A stretch of DNA of 64,000 nucleotides from an uncultured archaeon (GTDB lineage: Archaea; Asgardarchaeota; Lokiarchaeia; Sigyniarchaeales; SOKP01), in contig CAZALK010000005.1 in assembly GCA_964486045.1 (NCBI GenBank), positions 128,001 to 192,000 on the forward strand, in the 5' to 3' direction. Below are positions 19,155-28,685 of the stretch, piece by piece (the stretch's first letter is position 1; each line of letters opens with the position of its first letter). The position numbers and the translations under genes were made by a program. The notes beneath the pieces were generated by a model, which was not told where the DNA came from, did not search any database, and worked only from the letters and a program-made list of their open reading frames with translations.

Positions 19155-22127
19155 TTAATCTTCATAATAGTGGTCTTCTAAATATTTTCTTACCTTGAAT
19201 TTATCAATAGAATCATCTATTATAAGTCCAGTAGAATAACTTTTATTTCCACCACCTTTTCCATAATCATCAAAATAATTAACACAATCCATTACTATTT
19301 TATTTGCACTATAATCGGATTCTTTCAGAGGTTCAGGACCTAACATAGCTGCTATTTCTATACCCTTCTCTCTTTTAGAAATATAAACTGCCATCAAATC
19401 TCCTGATTTTTTAAAGAGTTTTGCACTGATTTTTTGAAGATCTTTTTTTGGCAAATCATACTCATCTATCACAATTCGATATTTATGATCATCTTTAAAA
19501 AATCGAGCCTTATTGTTCATTAGAATAACATTCTCATTACTAAGAAGCTCTTTTCTTAATTTTAAATTTTTCTTCCCGTATTCCCACTCTGAATATAATC
19601 TTTTGACTTTTGAAGGAACTTTTTCACTCTCAACATGAAGAACCTGAGTTAATTCAGATAAAATATCACCTTCAAATATTTTTTCATTTTTTAAATCTAA
19701 ATCATCTTTCCCTGCTTTTTCTACCTTATGAGTTAGCTTATTGCGTTTCTTTAACAACTCTTTAACTCTATCAACAAGATATTTTGATTCTACTTTTAGA
19801 TATGATTCTAATTCTAAAATAATTGCTTTATTTTTTGCCTCTAACTCGAGAGAGGCTTCGCCTGCGGTAAAAATTAACCTTATGACACCATCTTGAATTG
19901 CGTGTGATTTAATAATTATAATTTTCCCTGTCTCAGATGTATTATTCAGATGAGTCCCCCCACAAGCTTCAACGTCGATTCCCGGAATCTCAACAATACG
20001 AATATTTTTACCTGGAACAGCCCCGCCTTGGTATATTGCCATCCCATATTTTTGTTCAGCTTCGGTTCTTGGGACAAATGAGAGATTTAGATTGATTGCT
20101 CTATCCACAATTTCGTTTGACTTCTTTTCAATTTCAATTATTTTATCTCTAGGAATTTGCTCATAATGAGTTATGTCAAGATGAGAGTTTTTTAGAGTTT
20201 TCCTTGCGCCAGCTTGGTTTATATGATTTCCTAAAATTTCTCTTGCAGCTGCATTTACAATATGGGTCGCTGTGTGATGTTGAGAGAGCTGTGTTCTCCA
20301 AGGTTTACTAAGTTCTACCTTAACAGTATCACCTTTTTTAAATTTTGGTTTTTCTTCCAATACATGGACAACGATTTTCCCTTGTTTAAAGGCATCATTG
20401 AATTGCTGACCATTTATCGTTCCAATATCATGAATTTGACCCCCCGAGGTTGGATAGGTTACAGACTGGTCTAGAATTACCATATTATCAATAATCTTTA
20501 ACACTTGAGCATTATTCGAAATTTCTGTATAGTCAAAGTAATAGAGTGATTTTGTTTCAGGTATACCTTCGAGATCAAGTTCAATTTCCTTCCCTGTAGC
20601 ATGAATTTGTTCGATTTTTTCATGTTTTTCTACTACAAGATTGTAGAAGTTGTCTGGAATTTTAATATTCACTCCATACTTTTTAGCTGCTTCTTTAACC
20701 ATATCAGGACTTACCCCATTTGAATCATATAACTCTATAAGAGTGTTAGTTGAAATTTCACCTTTCTTTAATTCTCGTTCTAATATTTTTCCAGCTTTTT
20801 TCTTAGTAGTGTAAAATTTCTCTTTCTCAACATCGAGTATCTCTTTAATTTCATCTAAATTTTCAGACACTTCTGGAAAGATTCCTTTTAATTCTTCAGC
20901 ATGCCAATTGCATACATCAGCCATATCAATTTTCCAATTGAATTGATCAATAAAACTAATCGCTCTCCTGAAAATTACTCTTAAATTATACCCTCCCCCA
21001 ACATTCGAAGGAAGTTTCCCATCATTAATAGCAAACAATAAAGATCGGGAATGGTCTGCAATTGAGTAAAGGCCAGTCATAGGCATGATTTTATTTTTAA
21101 GATCTTTCGCGTCAATCTCTAATTCTTTAGCAACACGATTCCATGCTTCATCAATATTTTCAACTTCGTCAACATTTAGATAAGCCGAAAATTGAGAGAA
21201 TCGATTATACAAATCCAAATCTAATTCAATTTTTGTAATCTCTCTTAATTTCTTTAAGACAAACGGAAAAATAGCTTCATACATATTAGGGGTTCCTTGT
21301 GAGAACCAGGCAACACGTTCTTGACCTAAACCCATATCGAGAACTTTCAGTTTTAACTCTCGTGGGCCTTCTGGAGTTTGTTCAAACATTGTGTAAACTT
21401 GGTTAAATAATTCTACTCCTCTGCTGAAAAATTCAAGACAACATCCAAAAGAGCCTCCTCCTGCCCATGAATCCTCATGGATTGTTATTTCTTCTTTTGG
21501 AAGGCCAACACCCTCATGAAGAAAATCATGTATATCCATAAAAAGCTCACCTTGGTTCCACTCTTCAGGTGATACAAATGCATGTTGTCCGATCATAACG
21601 AAACCTGTGTTATGTGACCCCGTGATCCCCACATTTTCAATATCATTAAATCGTAAACAAAATTGGGGAATTACTAGTTTTTTTGCAGGTGGTTCTACTT
21701 CTCCAGTAATAACGTAAGGTTGGAACGCGGATATTGATGCCATTGTAAATTCTGAGGTTGGGTTCCATCTCGCTACACAAGGATATCTTTTGATAGGTAC
21801 ATAACCTCTCGGTTCTAAAATTTCAACTATTTTGTTCCAAACTCCAATAAATGAAAGCTTCACTTTTGAAGGATTATTTACAGTAACTTGAAAACCTCCA
21901 GAACATACAGGATCTCCGCACACCTCTCTTTCTTTAAGTGTTGTCCAAAAATAATTACCACAACATTCGCATTGTTTTCTTATATACCCTAATCTTCTAA
22001 GTTCTTCTGTAGGGAAATATTCATCTGGATTTTTTGAGGCTATTTTCTTGAAAACTTGTTTTAATTGTTTATCGGTTTGAGCTTCGACAAGTTCCTTCTG
22101 TTCTTTCTCTGAGAGCACTTTAATCAA
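19155..22127 (-). CDS. alaS: Alanine--tRNA ligase, archaeal type
   Basis: N-terminal Zn motif CECC/CGDPVC, QFCLRFNDI, WAGGG, DMGLGQER, IADH, editing motifs HTATH and CGGTH. Confidence 0.97.
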   Translation of the reverse strand: MIKVLSEKEQKELVEAQTDKQLKQVFKKIASKNPDEYFPTEELRRLGYIRKQCECCGNYFWTTLKEREVCGDPVCSGGFQVTVNNPSKVKLSFIGVWNKIVEILEPRGYVPIKRYPCVARWNPTSEFTMASISAFQPYVITGEVEPPAKKLVIPQFCLRFNDIENVGITGSHNTGFVMIGQHAFVSPEEWNQGELFMDIHDFLHEGVGLPKEEITIHEDSWAGGGSFGCCLEFFSRGVELFNQVYTMFEQTPEGPRELKLKVLDMGLGQERVAWFSQGTPNMYEAIFPFVLKKLREITKIELDLDLYNRFSQFSAYLNVDEVENIDEAWNRVAKELEIDAKDLKNKIMPMTGLYSIADHSRSLLFAINDGKLPSNVGGGYNLRVIFRRAISFIDQFNWKIDMADVCNWHAEELKGIFPEVSENLDEIKEILDVEKEKFYTTKKKAGKILERELKKGEISTNTLIELYDSNGVSPDMVKEAAKKYGVNIKIPDNFYNLVVEKHEKIEQIHATGKEIELDLEGIPETKSLYYFDYTEISNNAQVLKIIDNMVILDQSVTYPTSGGQIHDIGTINGQQFNDAFKQGKIVVHVLEEKPKFKKGDTVKVELSKPWRTQLSQHHTATHIVNAAAREILGNHINQAGARKTLKNSHLDITHYEQIPRDKIIEIEKKSNEIVDRAINLNLSFVPRTEAEQKYGMAIYQGGAVPGKNIRIVEIPGIDVEACGGTHLNNTSETGKIIIIKSHAIQDGVIRLIFTAGEASLELEAKNKAIILELESYLKVESKYLVDRVKELLKKRNKLTHKVEKAGKDDLDLKNEKIFEGDILSELTQVLHVESEKVPSKVKRLYSEWEYGKKNLKLRKELLSNENVILMNNKARFFKDDHKYRIVIDEYDLPKKDLQKISAKLFKKSGDLMAVYISKREKGIEIAAMLGPEPLKESDYSANKIVMDCVNYFDDYGKGGGNKSYSTGLIIDDSIDKFKVRKYLEDHYYED

Positions 22128-22379
22128 ATTCTAAATGTTCAAATTCTCGAATAATAATAATTAAAAATAATATTGGTCATTCTATTATATTTTCTTTTAA
22201 TTTTTAAAAAATTAGAAATATACTCGAAATAAAGTTTTTCTCAAATGTAACCTTTTCAATTTCGTTAAATCTCAGGTAAAATTGAAGTATAATGAGGCTT
22301 TTTCCGGGTAGTAGTAACTCCCGAAGGGGACAAACTCTTTAAAAATTAGAAAAATAAGGAGATAAAGATAAAAAGTAAA

Positions 22380-22583
22380 ATGAATGGAACAAAGCGAGTA
22401 GATATTAAATCAGGCATGCGAGTTTTAATCGTATTAAAGAGAGATCAACGATCTGGCAAGTTAACCGAGGGTACAGTCAAAGATGTGCTTACAAACTCTC
22501 CTAATCACCATTATGGGATTAAAGTTCGGTTGAGGAGCGGTAAAATTGGACGAGTGAAAGAAATAATCAGCTCAAAACAATAA
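22380..22583 (+). CDS. YwbE family protein (DUF2196)
   Basis: IVLKRDQRSGKLTEGTVKDVLTNS..H.YGIKVRL..GKIGRV. Confidence 0.88.
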   Translation: MNGTKRVDIKSGMRVLIVLKRDQRSGKLTEGTVKDVLTNSPNHHYGIKVRLRSGKIGRVKEIISSKQ

Positions 22584-22873
22584 GATACTAAAAAACCAAG
22601 AGTATTTAGGCAATGTAACTCTTTTTTACTAAATAATGGGGTTTTTTTAGTAATTATTACTTCTAAATTTTGAAGATTTATTCGTCGAATAATAAGGCAT
22701 TTTAGATGCTATCAATGTGATTGCATCAATTAAGATTTCTTCCTTCTGAGATGGGGTACTTAATTATTTTAATGATGAAACCCGTTCATGTGCTTGTCCA
22801 AAATAAAAGTAGGAAGATTTACATGAGCGTAGGTAAAGGAGAAACCCACAACAGAAAGAAAAAATGGAATAAA

Positions 22874-24307
22874 ATGTTAAAAGAAACACATAGAATGACC
22901 GGTACGGTCAAATGGTATAATGAAAAGAAAGGATTTGGATTTATAACATCCGATATGAACAGTGAAGATGTTTTTTTACACCATACTGCACTGCAACAAC
23001 ACGAGGATGTACAGGTCGTCACTGGCGATCGCATTACATTTACAATCCAAAATCAAGAAAAGGGACCCGCTGCTCTTGAAGTAAAACGGTTCTCAGAAGA
23101 AAAAGAAATAATACACCCCGATCAAGCTGACCTTGGAACAAAATTTACCGATCTCGACCTAAAACCAGAAATATTGCACGCAATAAGAGATGCTGGTTAC
23201 GTGAATCCAACACCAATTCAAGCGCAGGCAATACCGATGGTCTTTAAAGGACAAGATTTACTAGGATGTGCCCAGACGGGAACAGGTAAAACTGCTGCAT
23301 TTGCGCTCCCAATCCTGCAGCGATTGATGAATAACCCAAGCAAGGACAGATTGAATATAATAAATAATAATAAGTATAAAATAATAAGTAAAATACGGGC
23401 GCTAGTACTTTCACCCACGAGAGAATTGGCAATCCAGATAGCGAATAGTTTCAGCATTTATGGAAAATACACTGGATTAAACAACGTGGTCATCTACGGA
23501 GGAGTTAGTCAAAATCCACAGGTTGCAAAGCTAAAACAAGGAGTAGATATTATAGTTGCGACACCCGGTCGATTACTCGACTTGATGAGACAAGGACATA
23601 TAAAGCTGAACCATGTCGAGATGTTAGTCTTAGACGAAGGAGACAGAATGCTTGATATGGGTTTCATCCACGATATTCGATCTATCATCAAGAGTGTGCC
23701 ACAAAAAAATCGACAGACATTGCTCTTTTCTGCTACAATACCTCGTGAAATAATTAAATTCGCGAGAAACATTCTGCATGATCCCGTCCATATAAATATA
23801 TCTCCAGATGAACCCACCTTGGAAATAATTGAACAGGCTGCATTTTTTATATCGAAAGAGAAAAAGCAAGCTTTGCTGGAATATTTACTTGCCGATTCAA
23901 CTATTACACGAGCGTTGGTTTTTACACGCACCAAACATGGCGCGAATCGAGTCGTTAAGAAACTACAGAGGAAGAGGATACGTGCCGAAGCGATACATGG
24001 AAATAAATCACAATCCGCACGTCAAATTGCGCTTAAAAACTTTCGGACTGGAAAAGCTCGAGTGTTGGTAGCTACTGATGTTGCTTCACGCGGTCTTGAT
24101 GTAGATGACATCTCACATGTAATCCAATTTGACTTGCCAGATGCGTCGGAAACATATTTGCATCGCATCGGTCGGACGGCAAGAGCAGGTGCGGGAGGGA
24201 CCGCCTTTGCATTCTGCGAAAAGAGTCAATACAAGCAATTAAGAGAGATCGAACAGTTGATTCGAATGCGAGTGAAAATTGTCAAAAACCACCCCTACAC
24301 CAATTGA
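22874..24307 (+). CDS. Cold-shock domain fused to RhlE-like DEAD-box RNA helicase
   Basis: GTVKWYNEKKGFGFI and DVFLH (CSD RNP motifs), then PTPIQ, AQTGTGKT, PTRELA, TPGRL, DEGD, SAT, RGLD and HRIGRTAR. The ORF track starts at 22721, but the likely start is 22874 or 22895. Confidence 0.92.
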   Translation: MLKETHRMTGTVKWYNEKKGFGFITSDMNSEDVFLHHTALQQHEDVQVVTGDRITFTIQNQEKGPAALEVKRFSEEKEIIHPDQADLGTKFTDLDLKPEILHAIRDAGYVNPTPIQAQAIPMVFKGQDLLGCAQTGTGKTAAFALPILQRLMNNPSKDRLNIINNNKYKIISKIRALVLSPTRELAIQIANSFSIYGKYTGLNNVVIYGGVSQNPQVAKLKQGVDIIVATPGRLLDLMRQGHIKLNHVEMLVLDEGDRMLDMGFIHDIRSIIKSVPQKNRQTLLFSATIPREIIKFARNILHDPVHINISPDEPTLEIIEQAAFFISKEKKQALLEYLLADSTITRALVFTRTKHGANRVVKKLQRKRIRAEAIHGNKSQSARQIALKNFRTGKARVLVATDVASRGLDVDDISHVIQFDLPDASETYLHRIGRTARAGAGGTAFAFCEKSQYKQLREIEQLIRMRVKIVKNHPYTN

Positions 24308-24374
24308 TTTCTCTAGAGCATCGTTCATTTGGTTAAAAGATAAGAATGGTTGTTACACGTATAGAAAGTGTTGA

Positions 24375-24398
24375 TTTTTTTTTTTTTTTCGCTTTTTT
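24375..24398 (+). terminator. Oligo-T tract, putative archaeal terminator
   Basis: Long T run downstream of the helicase gene. Confidence 0.45.
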
Positions 24399-24749
24399 AT
24401 ATATCTAATGATGTATAAATTATTTTAAATTTTAGTCCTGTTGATTATAATGATGAAAAACGATAATGAGAAATGAATAAAGTGTCTGATTTAAATCATT
24501 TTTACTCAGGTTTTGACGAACTTTAATAAAATAGGATGAGAAAATTTATCTAAATGAGTAATTTATCGGTCTTATGTCACATTTACACACATATTGACAA
24601 AATGACAAAACTGGATGGTAAAATTTAAATAACTCTTTTTACATTAATTTAGTGACAAAATTAAACTTTCTTTATCTAAATAGTTTGATTTTGTAATTTT
24701 AATCAAAAGAATAATTTTAGAATTAAAGAAAAAAAAAAGGAAACATTTT

Positions 24750-25448
24750 ATGAAAAAAACTAAAATATTTGCTTTGCTAATCTTTTCAGCCTTAATATTT
24801 GGAGTTATAGGTGGTGTAGTAGGATATCAAGAATATCTTTATAGATGGGAGGATAATGGGGGCGAAGGAACTCATGGTGGATGTCATCATGATGATTCAG
24901 TACCTAGCGTAATCGGAACTTTAGTTTTAACTGTTAATGAAACGGGAAATTTATCTCCAGGACAAGCCTTCACTTTAGAGATCGACGTCCTTAACTTTAC
25001 AGAGGCTACCGTAGATCCGTATGTCCGTTCGGGGAGTGGTAGAGTTTCGGTCGGTCTACCTGGGTATAAAGGTGACAATGCGAAGTTTACATTAGCACTC
25101 AATCACCAGACGCTAAATCGAGGAGAAAAGTTAGATCAATGGGGATCTTATGATCCTGGAGATACCGATAACGTCTTTGAGCTTTTTGCACCAATGGAAG
25201 CTGGAACTTATGAACTTTGGGCAGTAGTAATGGCGGCCATGAATCAAACTGACACGGAATCGTTCAATATTACTTATGTAGAAGATTTTATTACGATTAC
25301 TGTTGTAGCTCCTTCCGGTCCAGCAACAGGCCCAGAAACAATTTCAGGTGGGCTGTTAGTAGTTATTCTTAGCTGTACATTGGGTGTATCCACTATCTTA
25401 ACCCTTAGAATAAGAAAGAGAGCAAGAAGAATAGAGCTGTTGTCATAA
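24750..25448 (+). CDS. Exported, C-terminally membrane-anchored beta-sandwich protein with HGGCH motif (Reeler/choice-of-anchor-V-like)
   Basis: Signal peptide MKKTKIFALL..., GEGTHGGCH, LSPGQAFTLEI, APMEAGTYEL, C-terminal TM plus basic tail. Confidence 0.6.
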   Translation: MKKTKIFALLIFSALIFGVIGGVVGYQEYLYRWEDNGGEGTHGGCHHDDSVPSVIGTLVLTVNETGNLSPGQAFTLEIDVLNFTEATVDPYVRSGSGRVSVGLPGYKGDNAKFTLALNHQTLNRGEKLDQWGSYDPGDTDNVFELFAPMEAGTYELWAVVMAAMNQTDTESFNITYVEDFITITVVAPSGPATGPETISGGLLVVILSCTLGVSTILTLRIRKRARRIELLS

Positions 25449-25697
25449 AATATTATATTTAAATACTTTTTTTTTATTTTAATTTATCAAAAAAATAAAT
25501 AGTTTTAATGTAACTCGTAATTTAGGTAATATATTTCTTGTTCTAAAAACTCAATGTTTACAACTTTTCTAAAGTGGAATTCAATGAATTCTTGAAATAT
25601 CTGATTATAGTTTATTGAAAGATAACAGTGAGAAGATATTAATTTGAAGAAAAGTCAGTAAAGAAGTAACCATAATTCTGATATACCTTAGAGAGTA

Positions 25698-26144
25698 TTA
25701 AAGATTTAAGGTTTGAAGATGTAAGTATCCCTTTTTCGCGAAATCATAATCTAGAAATTCAATTTTTTCAGGGATTATCTTCAAAAGTAATGTCCTCCTC
25801 CCTCGAACAATTTTTTGAGCTTTTTCGAACTCATCATCCCCATCTCTTAAGAAGATTAATCTTTCTTTTCCTGAAGCTGTGATTTGCATACCTTGAATTT
25901 TTCCTTCAGATATGGGGGTGTAAATACCAATGCTAATTTTCGGATTATCTTCGATGTTCTTCACTTTCCTTCCGGGAGCAGGTCCAACATAAATATTAAA
26001 ATTGACTTTTTCGGTATAAAAATCCATTGGCGTTGCGCGAGGAACATTATTGGCACATGTACATAAAACCAATGTTTTTCTTTCATTTAGATATTCACGA
26101 ATTTCTCTTTTTAACTCATCTTCTGGCATTTTCTGATTTGCCAT
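25698..26144 (-). CDS. Pyridoxamine 5'-phosphate oxidase-like flavin-binding split-barrel protein
   Basis: LVLCT...PRATPM, RKVKNIEDNPKISI, GMQI. Confidence 0.8.
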   Translation of the reverse strand: MANQKMPEDELKREIREYLNERKTLVLCTCANNVPRATPMDFYTEKVNFNIYVGPAPGRKVKNIEDNPKISIGIYTPISEGKIQGMQITASGKERLIFLRDGDDEFEKAQKIVRGRRTLLLKIIPEKIEFLDYDFAKKGYLHLQTLNL

Positions 26145-26441
26145 TCTTAAATTCTCACAATTTTAACTTATAATGCACAATTAAAATGAAGAGTTAAAGA
26201 TAAATTTTGGAAAATGTAAATTATTTTGTTTAAGATCATCAAAAAATTCCAAAATTTGGAATGTAATTATCTTATTTCTATAAAACTATTGATTGGGATT
26301 ATCAATATGTTAATTTTGGCACCACTAATTTCAAGATAGGAACATTTAATAGATGGGAATTTATATAAGTAACAGAACTAAACTTTTATTACTTAAAAAG
26401 TTTAGAATTGAAGTTTTTATAACAAATTTAATAAAATTTTA

Positions 26442-27356
26442 ATGAAAAAAATGAAGAGTCAAAATCATAAAAAATCGCTAATATTTGTGTTTGGATTGTT
26501 TTTGATAATAACAGTTGTCGGAGTTTCTTTAAACACGAGTGCATACCCGAATGAGAGTACAATAGGTTGTCACCCTGGAGGTTATACTATCACTGTTGTA
26601 AATGACTCTGTGATCCAAGACGAAGTCTCAACTACACATAATTTGGAAATTACGGCTACAGGTCCAAGTGTTGTTATAGATGTATTTACAGATGCGTTGG
26701 ATAATGAATTGTTTACAATTTTACCAAATACTATTATCACAGACAATTCTGCTGAAGATTTAGATCCTGCAACAGATTCTATTCGAGTGATATTGAATGT
26801 TACACTACCGTCTCAAACTGGTGTTTACACACTACGAATACTCAGTAGGGCACCAACATTATCTGGTGAAAGTACTCCCATAAGTGTTCTTGATATTGAA
26901 GTAACAGTTGGAGATGTGATTGAACCACCACCCTCAACATCGTTATTTGACAAATATAACCTTTATCTTGGAGGAATTGCTGTTCTATTCATGACTATTG
27001 GAACCATCGTATTTCAGATTAACGTGTATAAAAAATTAGATTCTAAATTCCATGGAATTTTCATGACGATAGCATTCATATTAGTCACGGTAAATATCTT
27101 CTTAATTTTGAATGACACTATGATCACATACAACAGATCAATAATCCTAACTAGTAGTCAATATGTAGGTCAATTGAATAACATAATTCTAGGATCAATA
27201 GGATATTTGGCAGGAATTGTTGTTGTATTTGGAATATACACAAATGTACCAGGATTAAAAATGAAATTTGCAGTGTATACAATGCTTTTAGGATGGAGCA
27301 TTAATCTCTTCATCGGAATATTCCTACCTGCTCCAAGTTTTGTTTTAGGAGGTTAA
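26442..27356 (+). CDS. Exported GCH-motif domain plus C-terminal 4-TM cytochrome b561-like (degenerate) domain
   Basis: Signal peptide ending SAYP, TIGCHPGG, LPSQTGVYTL, TM region with FHGIFMTIAF. Confidence 0.6.
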   Translation: MKKMKSQNHKKSLIFVFGLFLIITVVGVSLNTSAYPNESTIGCHPGGYTITVVNDSVIQDEVSTTHNLEITATGPSVVIDVFTDALDNELFTILPNTIITDNSAEDLDPATDSIRVILNVTLPSQTGVYTLRILSRAPTLSGESTPISVLDIEVTVGDVIEPPPSTSLFDKYNLYLGGIAVLFMTIGTIVFQINVYKKLDSKFHGIFMTIAFILVTVNIFLILNDTMITYNRSIILTSSQYVGQLNNIILGSIGYLAGIVVVFGIYTNVPGLKMKFAVYTMLLGWSINLFIGIFLPAPSFVLGG

Positions 27357-27362
27357 AAAAAG

Positions 27363-28685
27363 ATGAGTTTAAATACAAAAAAAGGATTATTTCTATCGTT
27401 ATATTACCTAAGCCCTATAATCGCTTCGATAATCTATTTATTTGAAGAACCAGTAGCATTTTCACTTGTAAGTAGTACCGCGCTTTCACAAGGACCCATT
27501 CTGTACGTGTTTCAATATCTAATACATACAATTGCCAGTATAATAGGAATCTTCTCTTTTATCTGGATGTGTTTCAATATCATCATAATGATAAAAATGA
27601 AAGGGATTGAGAAGAATTTTACTTTAAGGTGGTTAGTCAAATTTCACACAGTAATGGCTGTGATTGCATTATTTCTGGGAATTGCGCATGCACCCTTAGT
27701 GATGTTAAAAACGATGGGTAATGAAGACCAAATAGTTTCAGGAACAATTGGGTTGCTCATATTCATAATCTTAATGATCTTTGCTATAATTTTCATGTCC
27801 AACCGATTGTTAAGCAATACTAGAATCGAGGCTCTGAGATCAACTGCATATGAAAGGAAATTTAGATATGGTGTTAACAAATTCCTCCACAATATAACAG
27901 TGTTGGCAGTAGGGGTCATATTTTTTCACACGTTAATATCAAACACCTCAAAAAGTTCGATGCTCATGGTTGGTGTATATTTCTTTTTCTTTGATGTTAC
28001 TATTATTGGTTGGGTTAGCCATAAGGTGGTCCGAAAGCTTCGTGTGGGAACAGATCCATATTTGTACCGTAAGGTTTCCTGGGATACATTAGCTGAGGTT
28101 GTACCTTGGTTATACCAAGGAGCGAATAATGACTGGGCCATACAATTAATCAAACAAAATCCTTCTCTTTATCCTTGTCTCCAGTGTGGTACGTGTACAG
28201 GTAAATGTCCAGTATCAATTTTTACGGAAGGGGAATATAATTCAAGGAAATTAATACAATGGATATTAAAGGGTCTAAAAGATAAAGTTGTTATTGATAT
28301 GGAACCTAATGTTTGGCAATGCACTCAATGTTATACTTGTGCTGAAAATTGCCCACAACATGTAAAACTGCCTGATATTATTCTTTTCCTGAGAAATAAA
28401 TTAGCAGAACGAGGAGAGGCCCCTGATGGTTTTTTAAGTGAAGCCGAGGCTGTTTATAACAACGGAGTATCTATTCCTCTTCAAAACGCAGTAATAAGGA
28501 GAAGAAAAATATTAGGGCTCCCGCCAATTCCAAAATTTGATATTCAAGAAATTCAGGATATAATGGATATGGCAGGTCTTAATGATATAATTTTAAAACA
28601 TGTTGTTACAGAAAAAGAAGACATAGATACAAAACACATTTTAGAAGAAAAAAGTGAGGTGAAACCATACATTGGCGGAAGTTAA
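27363..28685 (+). CDS. Ferric-reductase-type (NOX/FRE) bis-heme b membrane domain fused to heterodisulfide reductase subunit C
   Basis: About 6 TMs with H-x13-H (FHTVMAVIALFLGIAH) and H-x12-H (LHNITVLAVGVIFFH). Then CLQCGTCTGKCP, WQCTQCYTCAENCP and RRKILGLP (HdrC). Confidence 0.88.
   Translation: MSLNTKKGLFLSLYYLSPIIASIIYLFEEPVAFSLVSSTALSQGPILYVFQYLIHTIASIIGIFSFIWMCFNIIIMIKMKGIEKNFTLRWLVKFHTVMAVIALFLGIAHAPLVMLKTMGNEDQIVSGTIGLLIFIILMIFAIIFMSNRLLSNTRIEALRSTAYERKFRYGVNKFLHNITVLAVGVIFFHTLISNTSKSSMLMVGVYFFFFDVTIIGWVSHKVVRKLRVGTDPYLYRKVSWDTLAEVVPWLYQGANNDWAIQLIKQNPSLYPCLQCGTCTGKCPVSIFTEGEYNSRKLIQWILKGLKDKVVIDMEPNVWQCTQCYTCAENCPQHVKLPDIILFLRNKLAERGEAPDGFLSEAEAVYNNGVSIPLQNAVIRRRKILGLPPIPKFDIQEIQDIMDMAGLNDIILKHVVTEKEDIDTKHILEEKSEVKPYIGGS

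Noticed and set aside
22721-22873. N-terminal 51 codons of the ORF-track helicase call
   Set aside because: No domain similarity before the cold-shock domain. More likely 5' UTR, with the start at 22874 or 22895.
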